NCBI GenBank assembly: GCA_951406725.2
Contig: OX597817.1
Location: forward strand, 144,150,001 to 144,214,000
Source of the DNA: Octopus vulgaris
Lineage: Eukaryota
Length of the DNA stretch: 64,000 nt
Direction of reading: 5' to 3'
Part shown: piece after piece, positions 40,026 to 55,397 of the stretch
Layout: every line of letters starts with the position of its first letter
How positions within the stretch are numbered: position 1 is the first letter of the stretch
The notes under the pieces: generated by a model
Databases searched by the model: none
What the model was told of the DNA's origin: nothing
What the model saw: only the letters and a program-made list of their open reading frames with translations
Position numbers and translations under genes: made by a program

Positions 40026-40403
40026 CTAGCAGTATCGCCCGGTGTTGCTCGGGTTTGTTTCGACCCTTTAGAATTTGTTTTTTGGAAAGTAAAAATTTTG
40101 CATTATGCAGCTTTTTATTCTCTTTAAGCGAACATTTCTGGTTGAAATACACCGAATAATGGCGACACAGCAGTCAAAAAATCGTAAAAAAAAATAGGGA
40201 TTTTAGCACCTTTTTGATGTAAATAATTTTTGGTGTTAACACGGTCCGATTTGAATTTTTTCTTCTACAGAATGAAGAGCAAACCTTCTATCATACTCTC
40301 AATTTTGGTCAACTTGCGCCGCAGGGTCTCGGAGGAGATAGTATTAGTTGAAGGCTATCAAACCTGCCATACACAAACAACTTCAGCTTTATATAGAGAG
40401 AGA
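40026..40403 (-). mobile_element. Non-autonomous Helitron
   Basis: Copy of the 15084 family. Confidence 0.8.
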
Positions 40404-41838
40404 TTAACAGAAACCGACATCTGACATTAAGTTTGGCGTTAAGTTCTTAATGAACTTTGCACAACTTCAGTTTCAATTCTCCTTTAAGCTCTCTGATGTT
40501 CCAATGTCTTTCAGAAATGGATGGATATCATTAAAGAATTCCCATTTTCTCACTGAACTCGTGAGAAATGTGAGAAATATATCAAGTTCCTTTTTCTATA
40601 TCTCTTTACTGGTTAAAAGGAAGAACTGTGTTAAATATCTTTTATCTTCAGCACCGCTGAGACTGATGAGGGAGAGAGAGAGAGAGAGAGAGAGGGGGGG
40701 AGGGAGAGAGAGAGAGAGGGGGGGAGAGAGAGAGAGAGATAGTGAAAGAGTGTGACTGAGTGAGTGATAGAGAGTGAGAGAGAGAGAGAGTTACTGAGTG
40801 ATAGAGAAAGAAAGAGTGATTGAATGAGAGTAAACGAGCGAGTGAATGAGAGAGCAAGAGATAGATAGAGAGACAGATAGATAGAGATAGATAGATAGTT
40901 AGATAGATGGAGAGAGAGGGAAAGAGAGAGAGAGAGAGGTGTTCTCGAATCGGAAACTTGGCTCGAATGTTTACAACAAAGGTGACAGGTGGAGATATTA
41001 AGCCGGATAAGTTTTTAAATTGCATCCAATAGTTGGGCCTTGGTATGGAAGTTAGAAGGTTTTGAGAAGTTAGGAACCACTTCTTGCCACTATCATTCCT
41101 AGGTCTACTCTGACCCAGAGTAGCAACATCCATCAGGACCTCAGCTATGGGTTAACCAGCATGTGTACCATCCATTTCAAATGCCTTTATTACCCAGGAC
41201 GGGTTGACAAAGATAAGAAACAAATAACACATTGGGGTCATAAAAGCCCCCCCCCCCAAAAAAAAAACAAAAAAAACGTATGATAAAAATGTCCTCTTCT
41301 TATAGTCTTTCGAAAAATACATGGTCCCTTGGTTTCACCCCGTACTGTTTTTCTTGTCCGGGTCTATTTCTTTTCTTACAAACAAACAAAAACATTGTTC
41401 AGTTCATTTTCAAGTTCTTTCCATTTCACCCATTTCAAACCCAGTCTACATCTTCTCCAATAATTGGTGGTGACTTGGTCAGCAGGTCATCTGTGACAGT
41501 TGACAATCAACAGCAAGATGAGCTGCCACGGATCGCACTATCCTAAAGTGTGTGTGTGCATGTGACGAGGGACCACGTATGAACTTTTATTTCCACTGAA
41601 ACCCCAAAAATGAACTCTTCACCTCAACAGTGAACGACGATTACGGCACGGCGTCCGCGTTATTCGACCTGCTTGCTCCACCTGTGGAGCATTTGTCAAT
41701 TTTGCAAGCTGGATTTTTGGGCGACAGGCAGAAGCATTGCTTTACCTGCTGGAACGTTAGGGACGACGGTCGGATGTGGTCAGCATTCCCGAGGGAGCTG
41801 GTGAATTCGCTGGTCGGAGCCGGCTCAAAACACTCCAG

Positions 41839-42394
41839 GTGCGAATTTTTTTCCCGCGAGGGTTCCGGACCTCAGCAATGAACTCATTTGCATACAGCCA
41901 ATCAGAGCTCACCTTGACCTTGTCAAGTTAACAAACACACTCTACCAAGTAAACTCAAGACGAATAACGGTGTTCTAAGTCGACCGATCGCCACCAAGTT
42001 ACGCCTGATTTTAGAAGGAGACAAGTAATTAGACAGATTTGTATCTATACCTATTATCGGATTTTTGTTAGGGGCCCCATATAGTAAATATGTGGATGGG
42101 AAAAATGTGGGTAGGGGGCGATGCGCTAGCAAGCCTCTCTCCTTACTGTTCTACAAAGTAAACAACAACACAAATAACTACGCAGAGGCAGCCATGATTG
42201 AAACAGGAACAAGAACAACACGCATTATTAAAGGAGAAAAGAAGCGTAGTCATTCCGTACCCAAATAACCTTATCTTATCGCCCATCACTTGCATGGGCT
42301 CATAAGTTAGTTTGATAGATGAGCTCTGATTGGCTGTATGCAAATGAGTTCATAATTGGGGTCCGGAACACCCGTGGGAAAACAATTTTCGCAC
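41839..42394. mobile_element. Element bounded by ~75-bp inverted repeats
   Basis: Perfect 34-bp core at 41878-41911 vs 42320-42353. Confidence 0.65.
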
Positions 42395-43567
42395 TCCGTG
42401 TGGATGCCACCGCGAGTACAAAGTATAAGAATTTTAAACCGAGGGACGGATTAAGTGTACCCACTTAAGTAGACAATGACAGGATTTGATCTCAGAACAT
42501 AAAGGGCCAGAATAAAGACTACGCGGCATCCTCTATGATGTTCTACCGATTCCGCTAGTCAACCACCTTAAACAGGTACTTTATTTATCGACTTCAGAAG
42601 AATAAATGGTGAAGTTAACCCTCGGTGGGAATTGGATGCAGTATGCAGGGAGCCTGAATAAATATCACATCATATTTTCAACAAACAAGATGAGGACAAA
42701 TATCCATCAAATGAAAATAATGTAAATAATTCCTCATCTCTTAAATATAGAACTTCACATCATATTTTGCTCGACTTTCTGACGACTCTGTCAAGTCCAC
42801 AACTTAATCTATTATTTTTAATAGCTTCAAGGCTGGTAGAATCGTTAGCCCAAAATGCTCCGTGGCATTTGGTCCTCTTCACGTTCTGAGTTCAAATTCC
42901 GCCTAGATCGACATTACCTTTCAGGGTTGATAAAATAAGCACCACTCAAGCACTGGAGTCGATGTAACCGACTTATTCCCCACCTTGAAATTGCTGGCCT
43001 TGTGTCAAATTTTGAAACCAATATTTTAATAGTTACAGCAGCGAGTTGAACGGTTGGTAGGATACTTTATTATTTTATCGTTTTGTTGTTGTTGCAGTTT
43101 TTGTTGTCTTTATTGTTACCTTTGTTTTTATTGTTTTCATTGTAGAAGCAGTAGTAGTAGTAGTAGTAGTAGCTGTTGTTGTTGTTTTGTTGTTGTTTTG
43201 CCCCATGGCAGTCACGATCAAGCAAACCTATAGTCAAAGCAATCCAGCCGTGACTATCTCTTCCTGTAATATGGGGAAGAAGCGTGATTCCCCTACCTCA
43301 CTGGTCCTCTTGTAATGTCGATCCTTTCCAGCCGAGATACATCCATAGAGACCTATCTGCTTCTGACCAGACCATAATTGCAAATTCCCTCAACTCACAC
43401 AGCCACCGCATCTATTCCAAGCAATAAACCCAAAACTAGAGAGACCCATTCTCGTCATCCTTCCGTTCACATGACCTGCCTCGCTCCTCTCTTTCCGGAA
43501 AGACCACTCAGCCGCGTGACGTCACTGACCCTATACTTCCAGCCCACCTCAGCCCCACATTCCCTTT

Positions 43568-43790
43568 TACGATGGGGTGCTGAAAAGTTCTTGGCTTTAA
43601 AGGTGTCGCGAAAGGCCTGGTCGCAGGCCCAACTTTCGAGTTCTTTTGCAGGGCTTAGAAAAACTAAGGGACCGATTCAATAACTGCGTAAGTACGAGAG
43701 GGGAATATGTTGAATAAAATCATAATTAGCAGATACTTCTGTATTTTTAATTTTTACCCAAAGCCAGGAACTTTTCACCAGTTCCTCGTA
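43568..43790. mobile_element. Mariner-derived MITE
   Basis: TACGATGGGGTGCTGAAAAGTTCTTGGCTTT ... AAAGCCAGGAACTTTTCACCAGTTCCTCGTA; TA ends. Confidence 0.8.
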
Positions 43791-44727
43791 TATTACTTTT
43801 TAAAGATAGTATTTGTTATATTTGGCAGCTATTTCTAACATGTTGAAGGACCACCAAGAGTCTTCGTTGCAGGTTCGCATTTTTGCTTCTATTTAGTTTT
43901 CTTTGCGTTGGTCTGCTATTTTTACGAAATATCAGATGTAAACAGTTCTTTTTTACGAAACCAACACGAAGACATATTTGAAATATTTGAGGTGGTTTGT
44001 TAGTGTGGAAATTACGTAATTCTACTAATATTTGTAATTCTGAGACTTTTTAGTTATTTGCAGCGCAAGTTTGAAACAATAAACCATTTTAGCACAAATA
44101 GATTCCAGTAACCAATCTCTAATTACACAACGATGTTTGTAAAAAAAAAAAAAAAAGAATTAATGGCAAGACAGAACAACTGGTATATAAGGCAATGAGA
44201 AAAAATAACTTTTAACACGAATGAAAGCGAGATATTTATAGATGTTCGACTCAAAAAATATTTCCTTAAAAAGGCCAACGACTGTGAACGAAGTTTTCAT
44301 TGGTTGGTTTGAGCCAGCGGAAATCAAAGCTCAGATTAAATACATCTATTCTTGTTTATCACGGATTCATTCAATACTGATCCGAGATAATACAGTACGC
44401 TCAGTCGTGAACCATGTTGCATTTATCGCGAATTGACTTGTGATAACACGGATCAATGTGTAATCAAAGATTCTGCTTGATCCACAAAAATGCACCTCCA
44501 GTGGTCATTCTGTCTTATCTCTACGGAGACCGTTAGAGGAATAAAGGATAACTCAATAATGCAGGATCAAACTCTTGAAATCACGTGCGTGAGTGCGAAT
44601 CTGATTGGTTATCGTCAGTTGAGTCTATCATGAACGACCAAATATTCAGTGAAGCTCTACATAGCGCCGAAAACTTACCGGCTGCTATTTCTAGCAATGA
44701 CCGTACTTCGTGTACATCTGCTTTATA

Positions 44728-44765
<38 letters not shown>

Positions 44766-45132
44766 CGTGCGTGTATGTGTGCGTGTGCGTGTGCGTGTGT
44801 GTTTGTCTGTGTGCCTGTGTGTGTGTGTGTGTGTGTGCGTGTGTGTGTGTGTATGTATATGTGTGTCTTTGTGTCTGTATTTGTCCTCTCCACCGTTTGA
44901 CAACCGATGTTGGTGTGTTTACGTCTCTGTAACCTAGCAGATCGGAAAAAGAAATCGATAGAATAAGTACCAATCTTTAAAAAAAAAAAAAGCACTGGGG
45001 TCGATTTATACGGCAAGAACGCATTGCTCCAGAATAGCCGCAATCTAATGACTGAAACAAGCAAAGAATACTTGATACAGTGAACGTAAAATGTATTTTT
45101 CAGTTATATTTTTATTACTTACGGACCATATA

Positions 45133-45649
45133 TCTATATATATAAAACTGTAGTTGTGTGAGTGTCTGTCTCCTACGATTTAGATTCCTAACTCCTCCCA
45201 CATTTTGCGGTGCAGTTTAACCAAATTCGGGTATCTTATAGTCGTGATTAATATCGAGCCCGTCTGGCTATTAGCGCACGTCTACGATGAGTCTACGATT
45301 TTAAAAATAATTTAACATCATTTTTTATTCCATTTTAATGCATAATTTTTCGTGTGTCGATGGCGGCGGAGTTGGCGTCCATGGTCAAACACCTGCACCT
45401 GTGTTTGCTTCTCCCCCTTCTTCCCTCCCTCGTGAAGCTGTGGGGAAGGGAGTGTAAGGAAATCAACGTCGTAAAGCGTTGTCAAGGAGACCAGCGTTCT
45501 TTTAGAACAACGACTTCATGGCTTGAAGACACCAAAACAGAAATGGCTAAGAAAGCCTGAATTGGCATCTATAAGGGAAGTAACTCTCTAAAAATGCTTA
45601 TATAGTTATTTCCCTTACAAACCCGAGCAACGCCGGGCGATACTGTTAG
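45133..45649 (+). mobile_element. Non-autonomous Helitron, second family
   Basis: TCTATATATATAAAACTG start; same 3' hairpin CCCGAGCAACGCCGGG and TTAG(T) end; different interior. Confidence 0.75.
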
Positions 45650-46149
45650 TCTTATTATAATTACGTTTTACTCTAAATATTATTCCAGCCATGAAAAAAT
45701 ATTATGTGCGTTTAAGAACTGATGTTATTTTGGTAAATATGGGGAACAACTTTGTGTCTGAGAACGAAATCTATTTCTCCTATGTCTTTTGGTGTCACTG
45801 ATTCCATAAACACGATGGCTTTTCCTGGAACCAAAACACCCGTGATAAACGAGTATGAATGTATAAATATGCCTGTCTTATAACGATGTCAAAGATATTG
45901 TTATATTAACTAGATTAAAAGCAGCGATATGGCAGAATCGTTGGCACGCCGGACATAAGGCATAGCGGCGTTTCGTCTATGTGAGCTTAAATTTCGCCGA
46001 GGTTGACTTAGCTTTTTATCCTTTCTGATGTCAATAAAATAAGTACCAGTTGGACACTGGGGTCTAATGTAATCGATTTTACTCCTCCCACAAAATTTCA
46101 GGCCTTGTGCCAAAATCCGAAACTATTATTATTATTATTATTATATGAA

Positions 46150-46905
46150 AATTCAGCTTATTTTACTGCGTATGATGGAAAGTGTCAGCTGTTCACAGCC
46201 AGTAGATTAAGGTGACACTTGTTTACTAGTCATTCTTCAAGAACCCTGCGAAGAATTCTTGCAGGTCCAAGCAATGCTGATTTTTGTAGGTGTTCTGCCT
46301 TCACACTTGCACCGATCTTTTTCAGCCATGTTGGTAGCTGACTGCTGATACTTCCAATTGCACCAATTACTATTAGTATCGTGTCTACAATGTACCAATT
46401 ACTATTGGTATCACAGCAGCGCATGCCATCAAAGTGACACTGGGGTAAAATATACGAAGCCCAGTATACCCATTATGCCTACCCGTCTGATAAGGGTACA
46501 CCAGGCACATGCATCACAACCATATATACGTGACATGGTGATCTTATATAAAAATAAACAGCATATGACCTTGCAAATGGGGCCTAGTTAGAATTTTTTC
46601 AGGTCAAGTAGCCCATCCCGCACAAAAGATCTCTGAATAAGGGTTGTTTAAGGATGTCGAACGAAACACCCATGTTTTCAGAGGTGAATTATCCAAACCC
46701 CATAGAATTCTTCTCAACACATGGCTATGATGCTTCCTCACTACTTCTGCTCGTGATCAGAGATGCACATGCCGTTAGCCACTAAGTGACATGCTCAACC
46801 GGCTAAGGTCAAATAACTGACAAACAAATCTGTGGTATGGAGTAGAATATTTGCTGTAGGCCATCTTTTATACCAAGACAAAATAATGTACATGATAACT
46901 ACTAT
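46150..46905 (-). mobile_element. R4/Dong-like endonuclease C-terminus joined to a non-coding upstream segment
   Basis: IVIGAIGSI...LQKSALLGPARILRRVLEE at 46230-46400; (TAA)n beyond the 3' end. Upstream boundary uncertain. Confidence 0.65.
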
Positions 46906-47406
46906 CCTTATTATTGGGTAAGATGGTTAGCGGCTTTTCGTCTGTCTTTACATTTTGAGTTCAAATGCCACGGAGGTCGACTTTGCTTTTCGTCGTTTCA
47001 AGTTCGATGAAACAAGTACCAGTTGAGGACTGGGGTCGATGTAATCGACTAACCCCTTGCCCTATATGTATGTGTGTGTGTACGTGTGCTTATATTAGAA
47101 AGAGGTTTCTTCTTCTTCTTCTTCTTCTTCTTCTTCTTCTTCTTCTTCTTCTTCTTCTTCTTCCCCGCCTCCTCCTCCCCCCCTCCTTCATCTTCTCGTC
47201 TGGGTGATATTTTACAGTTATACAATTTTTTTTCAATAGATGTTTTTATCTCTTCCAAGAACAAAACACACAAATACAGGTGTAAGTCCTCGCGCAATTA
47301 TTAAAAGAAATATCAACTCTGCATCAATAACCGTTGAGTACTTATTCGACTTATGATCTGGTCGATCATTGATCGATGTATGTATCTATGTATATGTGTT
47401 TGTTTG

Positions 47407-47461
<55 letters not shown>

Positions 47462-47565
47462 ACACGTATATGTTTATATACACATATGAGTGTGTGTGCA
47501 TGTGTGTGTATGTGTATGTATATACATTTATCCAACTTTCCATCCGTCAATCAATATAAGTGTAT

Positions 47566-47614
<49 letters not shown>

Positions 47615-47706
47615 TACATACATACATATATATATACATACATTCATACTTCCATACATATATATACATACATACACATACATACATATATACATACATA
47701 CATATA

Positions 47707-47787
<81 letters not shown>

Positions 47788-47796
47788 GTATGCATG

Positions 47797-47836
<40 letters not shown>

Positions 47837-48207
47837 CTCCTTCATGATTCCTTAGAATATGTAATTTCTGTTCGACTAGAGAGATAAAAAGGTGATGTAT
47901 CAGGATGAACTTTCAACCAGAGAGCAGACAGAGCGGATTATGTACTTGGAAACTTGTATTAAGCAGCGCCTGAAATTGGGTTTTCTTTTAATCTGACTAA
48001 AATTGACTAAGTCGAACGGAGATATTGTACACAAAATCTATTTATTTCAGCGGGTCAACGGGTTGAAAATCGAAGATTATTATTTCGATTCTTCGTATTT
48101 GCATTTATCGAAATATTTCTCTCACTCATTAATGAGATATTTCTTTCTCTCTTTCTTTCAGCACGCACATACATACATACACACATACATATGCACACAC
48201 ACAAACA

Positions 48208-48271
<64 letters not shown>

Positions 48272-48527
48272 ATTCTGTGACAGAGTTTGTGAATCCAACC
48301 AACTAAGGGATAGTATCTATCCAATATACTGCTAGTAGAGTACCTAATTAACACACAAGTGTTGGTTATTACGTGACAATTACTCTACTGAGTATAATAA
48401 CTGGGCAAGGGTAATAAGTGGTTTTACCTTTAATTTATATGGCAAGAAGAAAATGGAGAGAATCTAGAGGTAGTATTCATCAGCTGTTAGACATTATATG
48501 TCTATTTATATATTTTAAACAGTTCTG

Positions 48528-48580
<53 letters not shown>

Positions 48581-48668
48581 TTTACCAAAAAAAAAAAAAA
48601 AAAGACGAAGACAGGTGGTGTACAAAACAAACATATTTATTAGTATAACGCTCAGGAATAGAAAAAGT

Positions 48669-48704
48669 CTTTTACGTTTCGAGCCTACGCTCTTCTACAG
48701 AAAG
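48669..48704 (-). ncRNA. Minimal hammerhead-like motif (core variant) in short pLTR
   Basis: CTTT CTGTAGA A GAGC-GTAG-GCTC GAAA CG TA AAAG; partial tandem pLTR copy at ~48820-48900. Confidence 0.6.
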
Positions 48705-49059
48705 GGACACAGAAAGAACAAGGAGAGAAACAAGGAGAAAGAGTCCAGTGGAGAAGTTTGAAGTGGTGAAAAAAGATAGGATCAACAAGTGCGACCACGT
48801 GAGCGTGTGATATATATAGGGAGTATTTACGAAAAAAAACTAAAGACGAAGACAGGCGGTGTACAAAACAAACAGATGTATTAGTATAACGCTCAGGAAT
48901 ACATGTGTAAAGTATTAGTAATTTCTAGAATAGAGAAAGGAGGCACCCAACTTCAAAACATTCAGGAAAGCCTGACAAACTAGGTTCTCATAACTAGTCT
49001 ACGAAACTCTAAATACATACATACATACATACATACATACAAACACACACACATATTCT

Positions 49060-50183
<1,124 letters not shown>

Positions 50184-50822
50184 TATGTATACGTTTAAAT
50201 ATGTATGTATGCATACACGGAAATACACAGACACACACACACACATACACACAGACACACACACGTGTGTGTGTATATGTGTATATGGTTGCATGTTTCT
50301 AACTCTGAGCGTGGAATGGCTGACATGTTTCTGAAATACATTTTTTGAAAAAAAAACTACTTCTACGTTAATGTCTGCGTCTGTGTTCATCCATCTGTGC
50401 TCGCAAGAGCGCAATTGTGCCGACGTCTCTTTCTCTATGTGTCCGTTTGTACATGCGAGTGATCGTACGTCTCTTGTCTCATTTATATTTTTTGCTTTTT
50501 CCTACATAACAATATATGATCAATAAAGAAAATTATCATGTTTTATATATGTATATGTATGTGTGTGTGTGTATGTATGTATATGTGTATGTGTGTATAT
50601 GTTTGTGTGTATGTATGTATATGTGAGTGTGCGCGCCTGTGTTTGAGTGTGCGTTGTGTGTTTATATATATTTATATACATACATATTTATATATATACA
50701 TATATTTGTGTGTATGTGTGTAAATATATATATGTGTGCGTGTGTATGTTTGTGTGTGTGTATGTATGTGTATATAAATTATGTTTTATATATGTATATG
50801 TATGTGTGGGTGTATGTTTGTG

Positions 50823-50901
<79 letters not shown>

Positions 50902-50994
50902 TTATGTGTATGTGTGTGTGTGTATATATGTGTATACATATGTGTGTTTATGTTTATGCGCATGTATATGTATGTGTGAGTGTGTATGTATGTG

Positions 50995-51036
<42 letters not shown>

Positions 51037-51108
51037 TGCTTGTTTCAGCTCAGAGCTGCGGCCATGCCGATGCACCGCCGTTAATATGTGTGTGTGTGTG
51101 TGTGTGTT

Positions 51109-51160
<52 letters not shown>

Positions 51161-51838
51161 TGTGTGTGTGTGTATGTGTGTGTGATGTGTCCGTATGTAC
51201 CTATAATCGCGCGCGCGTGTCTGCCAGATCTCAAGTCGATTATTACAAAACCAAAATAATACAGTTTTCCGCGTTTGCAAGTCTGTGTTGTTTGGTCTTT
51301 GTAGTCTTCTCGATCAGGACAGACATAAGACAAAGCAACAACAACAACAACAACAACACGAACAATGATGACTTCATCTGTTTCTATTGCTCTTTGTCTT
51401 TCTTCTTTTTTGTTTTTTCGTAACAAACTTTTGATGTTTCCTTTCTTGTCTTCTGTTATTGTTTAATCTAAACTTTTTACCCATCGACGTCGGTGAATAT
51501 AAATATATATATGATGACGTTCTTAATCACAAAATGTGTGTGTGTGTGTGAACCGTAGCGAATAATTTCGTAGGTTGGAAAAACATTAACATGAAATTAG
51601 ATTCGCTCTCTGGTTGTGTTCAGTGCGTTGCGCAGTGCAAGAAAAAAGGAAGACGGAATCTCGTAAACCATAATGATATAGATAAGAATAAATACGAAGA
51701 ACTGGCATTCGAGCACCGAAACAACTCTTTGTTATATGGAAAAGCCAACAGAATCACTTCTTACCGGCTCGAAGCTACCATAAACACCTGCTGCACGAAC
51801 ATCTGCGATGTGTGTATGTGTGTGAGAGATAGAGATAG

Positions 51839-51912
<74 letters not shown>

Positions 51913-52014
51913 ATAGATAGAGAAGGAGAGGGAGAAAGAGCAAGAGAGAGAGAAAGACAGAGGCAGAAAAGTGAGAGAGGAGGGAGAGCTGGGGAGTGAA
52001 AGAGAGAGAGAGAA

Positions 52015-52067
<53 letters not shown>

Positions 52068-52079
52068 AAGATCTCTCGA

Positions 52080-53930
52080 ACAAGATTTAAGCGCAACTTC
52101 GTTAGAAACAGCATACTCCCTACATTCTATCACCTTAAAAACATATAAACTGGGACCAAAATTAAGAATTAGACCCACTGTCACCAGTATAATAATATAA
52201 TAATGAAATTATTGTATACAGTGCTCAGGTGCACCACAACTTGTCAAAAGTGCGTATAAAGCATATGCAATAATGTACAAATGTCTGGAAAGCGAACAGT
52301 GTATGAGTCAGATACATGCTTGTGTGTGTATGGAGGGGAGAAAATCAGGTGTAGTGTTGGCGAATCTCAGGAAGCATGGAAGTTTTGAAGGATGCAGTGC
52401 TCTGACAACTAACAACTGATGCCAGCAGTTTGTTCCATGCTTCAGCAACTCTTAGTGTGAAAAAATGTTTCCGAAAGTCATGGGAGCTGTGCTGTTTTCT
52501 GACTTTGTAAACATGTCCACGGGTGTTAGACAGATGGAGTTTGAAAATGTGCTCAGAGTTATTGTTGGTAAGATGGTTAATAATTTTATGGGTGTCTGCC
52601 AAGTATTAACAGACCCTTCTATAAAGTTTCTAGGCTTCTACTTTATATTCTCAAGCCTTTGCTTCAAACCTTCCCAGAGCATATTGGAAACTCCATCGAA
52701 ATCATCAACAAACTGAGAGATCTCAACCAATTCATAATTAAAAATAAAAATAACTAAACTTTTAGCACTAAAGTTTTTTCTTCCTTGCAAAGCTCCGTCT
52801 CAGCAGCGCCCCAGCTATCAACTAACTAACTTCACACATTGCATCCTCTATTGCACCCTCTCACAATCTTATCTGCTTTGGGCTCACAGCTCCAGATATC
52901 AACTGTTAACTACTATAATGGACAACACCTTCCAGTACAAGGGGTCCATTTGCAAACAAATCTCTGCCGATGGAATCAAGCTTGTCTGGACCACTGACCA
53001 TACATGGGCCAGTTAGAACGCACTTCTGTCCCTTTTTTGCCAGGTATGTGAATAACATCCTCATATTAGCATCATCTCATGAGGAGGCTGTTAAAATATA
53101 CAATATGTCCAGTAATATCACTGAACATAAAATTTGAAATGGAGCATCCTGATAAAACCAGTTCCTTATCTCTGCTTGATTTCGAACTCAAAATCATAGA
53201 GAACAGATGCATCCACACTAAATTTTACTGAAAAGCATCATGCAGGGGCCTATTTGTACATTATAATTAATCCGTTCCCACCAGAGCTAAGACGAGCTAT
53301 GTTAGAACTGAGATTTTCGGGATACTCAGTAAATACAGAAAGGAAGGAAGCAAAATCACCAACACCATACAATTGTGAAAGTCCTGATGGAGAATGGCTC
53401 TTTAGACTCTATAGGACATCACCAGACCACCTAACAAAACCCACACAGTGTTTTTGGAACTGCTACATTTTAACGAAATAACAACTGTTGCAATCTGTAA
53501 GGAGGGACTGAATTTGCGATTGGTATAGTCCGGGCCTTCCCTGCGGGAGATCCCAACTAAAACAAGCCAATAGAAAATTATATGTACATTGCCGAACATA
53601 CTGATCAAAGATGAAAAATATATGTTCGCAGTCCTTTGTCGCGTATAAAATCACTCGTAGCAAATGTAATGAAATGTACATCGGAAACATTACCGGACAG
53701 GTACACATACAGGTTAATGAACACTTTTATGCCAACACTTCTTCTGTCAAAAGTATTTAAAAAAGCACCTATAGAAATGCCATACTCAAGATATCCAGGT
53801 TTCTGTTGAACTACACAAAGAAAAATTGGGAACTTGAGGATAAAAGACGCAATTTTAATTAACATGTACAACTCACTTAGTCACAACAGATCCGAACTGG
53901 ATGCAGCTGATCGGCTACTACAGTAAAACA
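52080..53930 (+). pseudogene. Heavily decayed PLE RT + GIY-YIG ORF
   Basis: Fragments KLRIRPTV, RYVNNILI, FEMEHPDKTSSLSLLDF and VAYKITRSKCNEMYIG across frameshifts. Confidence 0.7.
52190..52602 (-). mobile_element. CR1-clade LINE 3' end nested in the PLE relic
   Basis: NTRGHVYKV...FRKHFFTLRVAEAWNKL...VV....ASFK; ATT-rich tail. Confidence 0.85.
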
Positions 53931-54758
53931 AAGCCTTCATAAACACACTCTACAGAACAGAGAGCAACACCTTCTTCCAAGATATCCTGAAAAGGGAGTT
54001 CCAAGCTTGAAATATTGAAATACCAGGTAAAAGTACAAACCACCGACTGGTGTTATCAACCTCTTATAACTTGCATTGTTTTGGCTTTAAAGAAATAATT
54101 ATAGCTAATATTCCTGACGATTTGGGATTTAAAAAAATGGGTGATATTAATTAGAGTTTAAATAAGGAGAGATACCATAGACTTAGATATATAAAGTGAA
54201 GGAGAAGTGATGGAATGTTGTATCTGTCTTACCCCAGAGTTTTTTCCACTTTACTAACAGTATCTTTTCTAAAGAGCATAAACGACACAACTTTTCAATT
54301 TTCCTGATCTTTAAATAAACCAAGGCTTTTATACCAAAGCAACAAATTAAGACAAAAGGTTCTGTCTGGAACATTATGGTTTTCCTGCTCTGCGGAAAAT
54401 CAATTTATTGCCCTTTTGAACTGTGAACTGTTTCTGTTCACTAATTGATGGTTGAGACCGTCATAAGTTTCCTTGGATCCCACCGTTTACTTTTCTGGAA
54501 CCACTGGGCGATAGGGATCCACGTGATCACTCGACTTTCAAGAACTAGCAGCCTAAATCCTGCAACTGGTACATTAATATTTAAAAAAAATATAGAACAT
54601 ATTGTATGATGTGGCCTTCGTTGTATATTGCCTGAAAGAAAGAAAGGATGGACATGGTTCGAGTACCTTTGGTCTACTTAATCAGCGCTAACTTGGGGCT
54701 AAAAAACAAAAACAACAACAACATCAACAACAACAACTGCAGCAGCAACAACAGCAAC

Positions 54759-54960
54759 AGTGGAGGTGCAATGGCCCAGTGGTTAGGGCAGCGGACTCGC
54801 GGTCGTAAGAACGCGGTTTCGATTCCCAGACCGAGCATTGTGAGTGTTTATTGAGCAAAAAACACCTAAGCTCCACGAGGCTCCGGCAGGGGTAGGGGCG
54901 TGAACCCCGCTGTACCCTTTCACCACAACTTTCGCTCACTCTTTCTTCCTACTTCTGCCA
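54759..54960 (+). mobile_element. SINE family C 5' half
   Basis: Matches the reverse of ~1495-1685. Confidence 0.8.
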
Positions 54961-54997
54961 CAATGCAGAGGAACCATGGTGTAACCCACTATGGTGT

Positions 54998-55397
54998 GGA
55001 AGAAGAAGAAGAAGAAGAAGAAGAAGAAGAAGGAGAAAAAGAAGGAGGAGGAGGAGAAGAAGGAGAAGAAGAAGAAGAAGAAGAAGAAGAAGGAGAAGGA
55101 GAAGGAGAAGAAGTAGTAGTAGGAGAAGAAGAAGAAGAAGGAGGAGGAGGAGGAGGAGGAGGAGGAGGAGAAGTAGTAGTAGGAGAAGAAGGAGAAGAAG
55201 GAGGAGGAGGAGGAGGAGGAGAAGAAGAAGAAGAAGAAGAAGGAGGAGGAGGAGGAGGAGGAGAAGAAGAAGAAGAAGGAGGAGGAGGAGGAGAAGAAGA
55301 AGGAGAAGGAGGAGGAGGAGGAGGAGGAGAAGAAGAAGAAGAAGAAGAAGAAGAAGAAGAAGAAGAAGAAGAAGAAGAAGAAGAAGAAGAAGAAGAA
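54998..55397. repeat. (GAA)/(GGA)n trinucleotide tract
   Basis: Direct reading. Confidence 0.95.

Noticed and set aside
46700-46905. HDV-like ribozyme at the 5' end of the R4-like element
   Set aside because: Plausible for this clade, but I could not build a convincing fold by eye.
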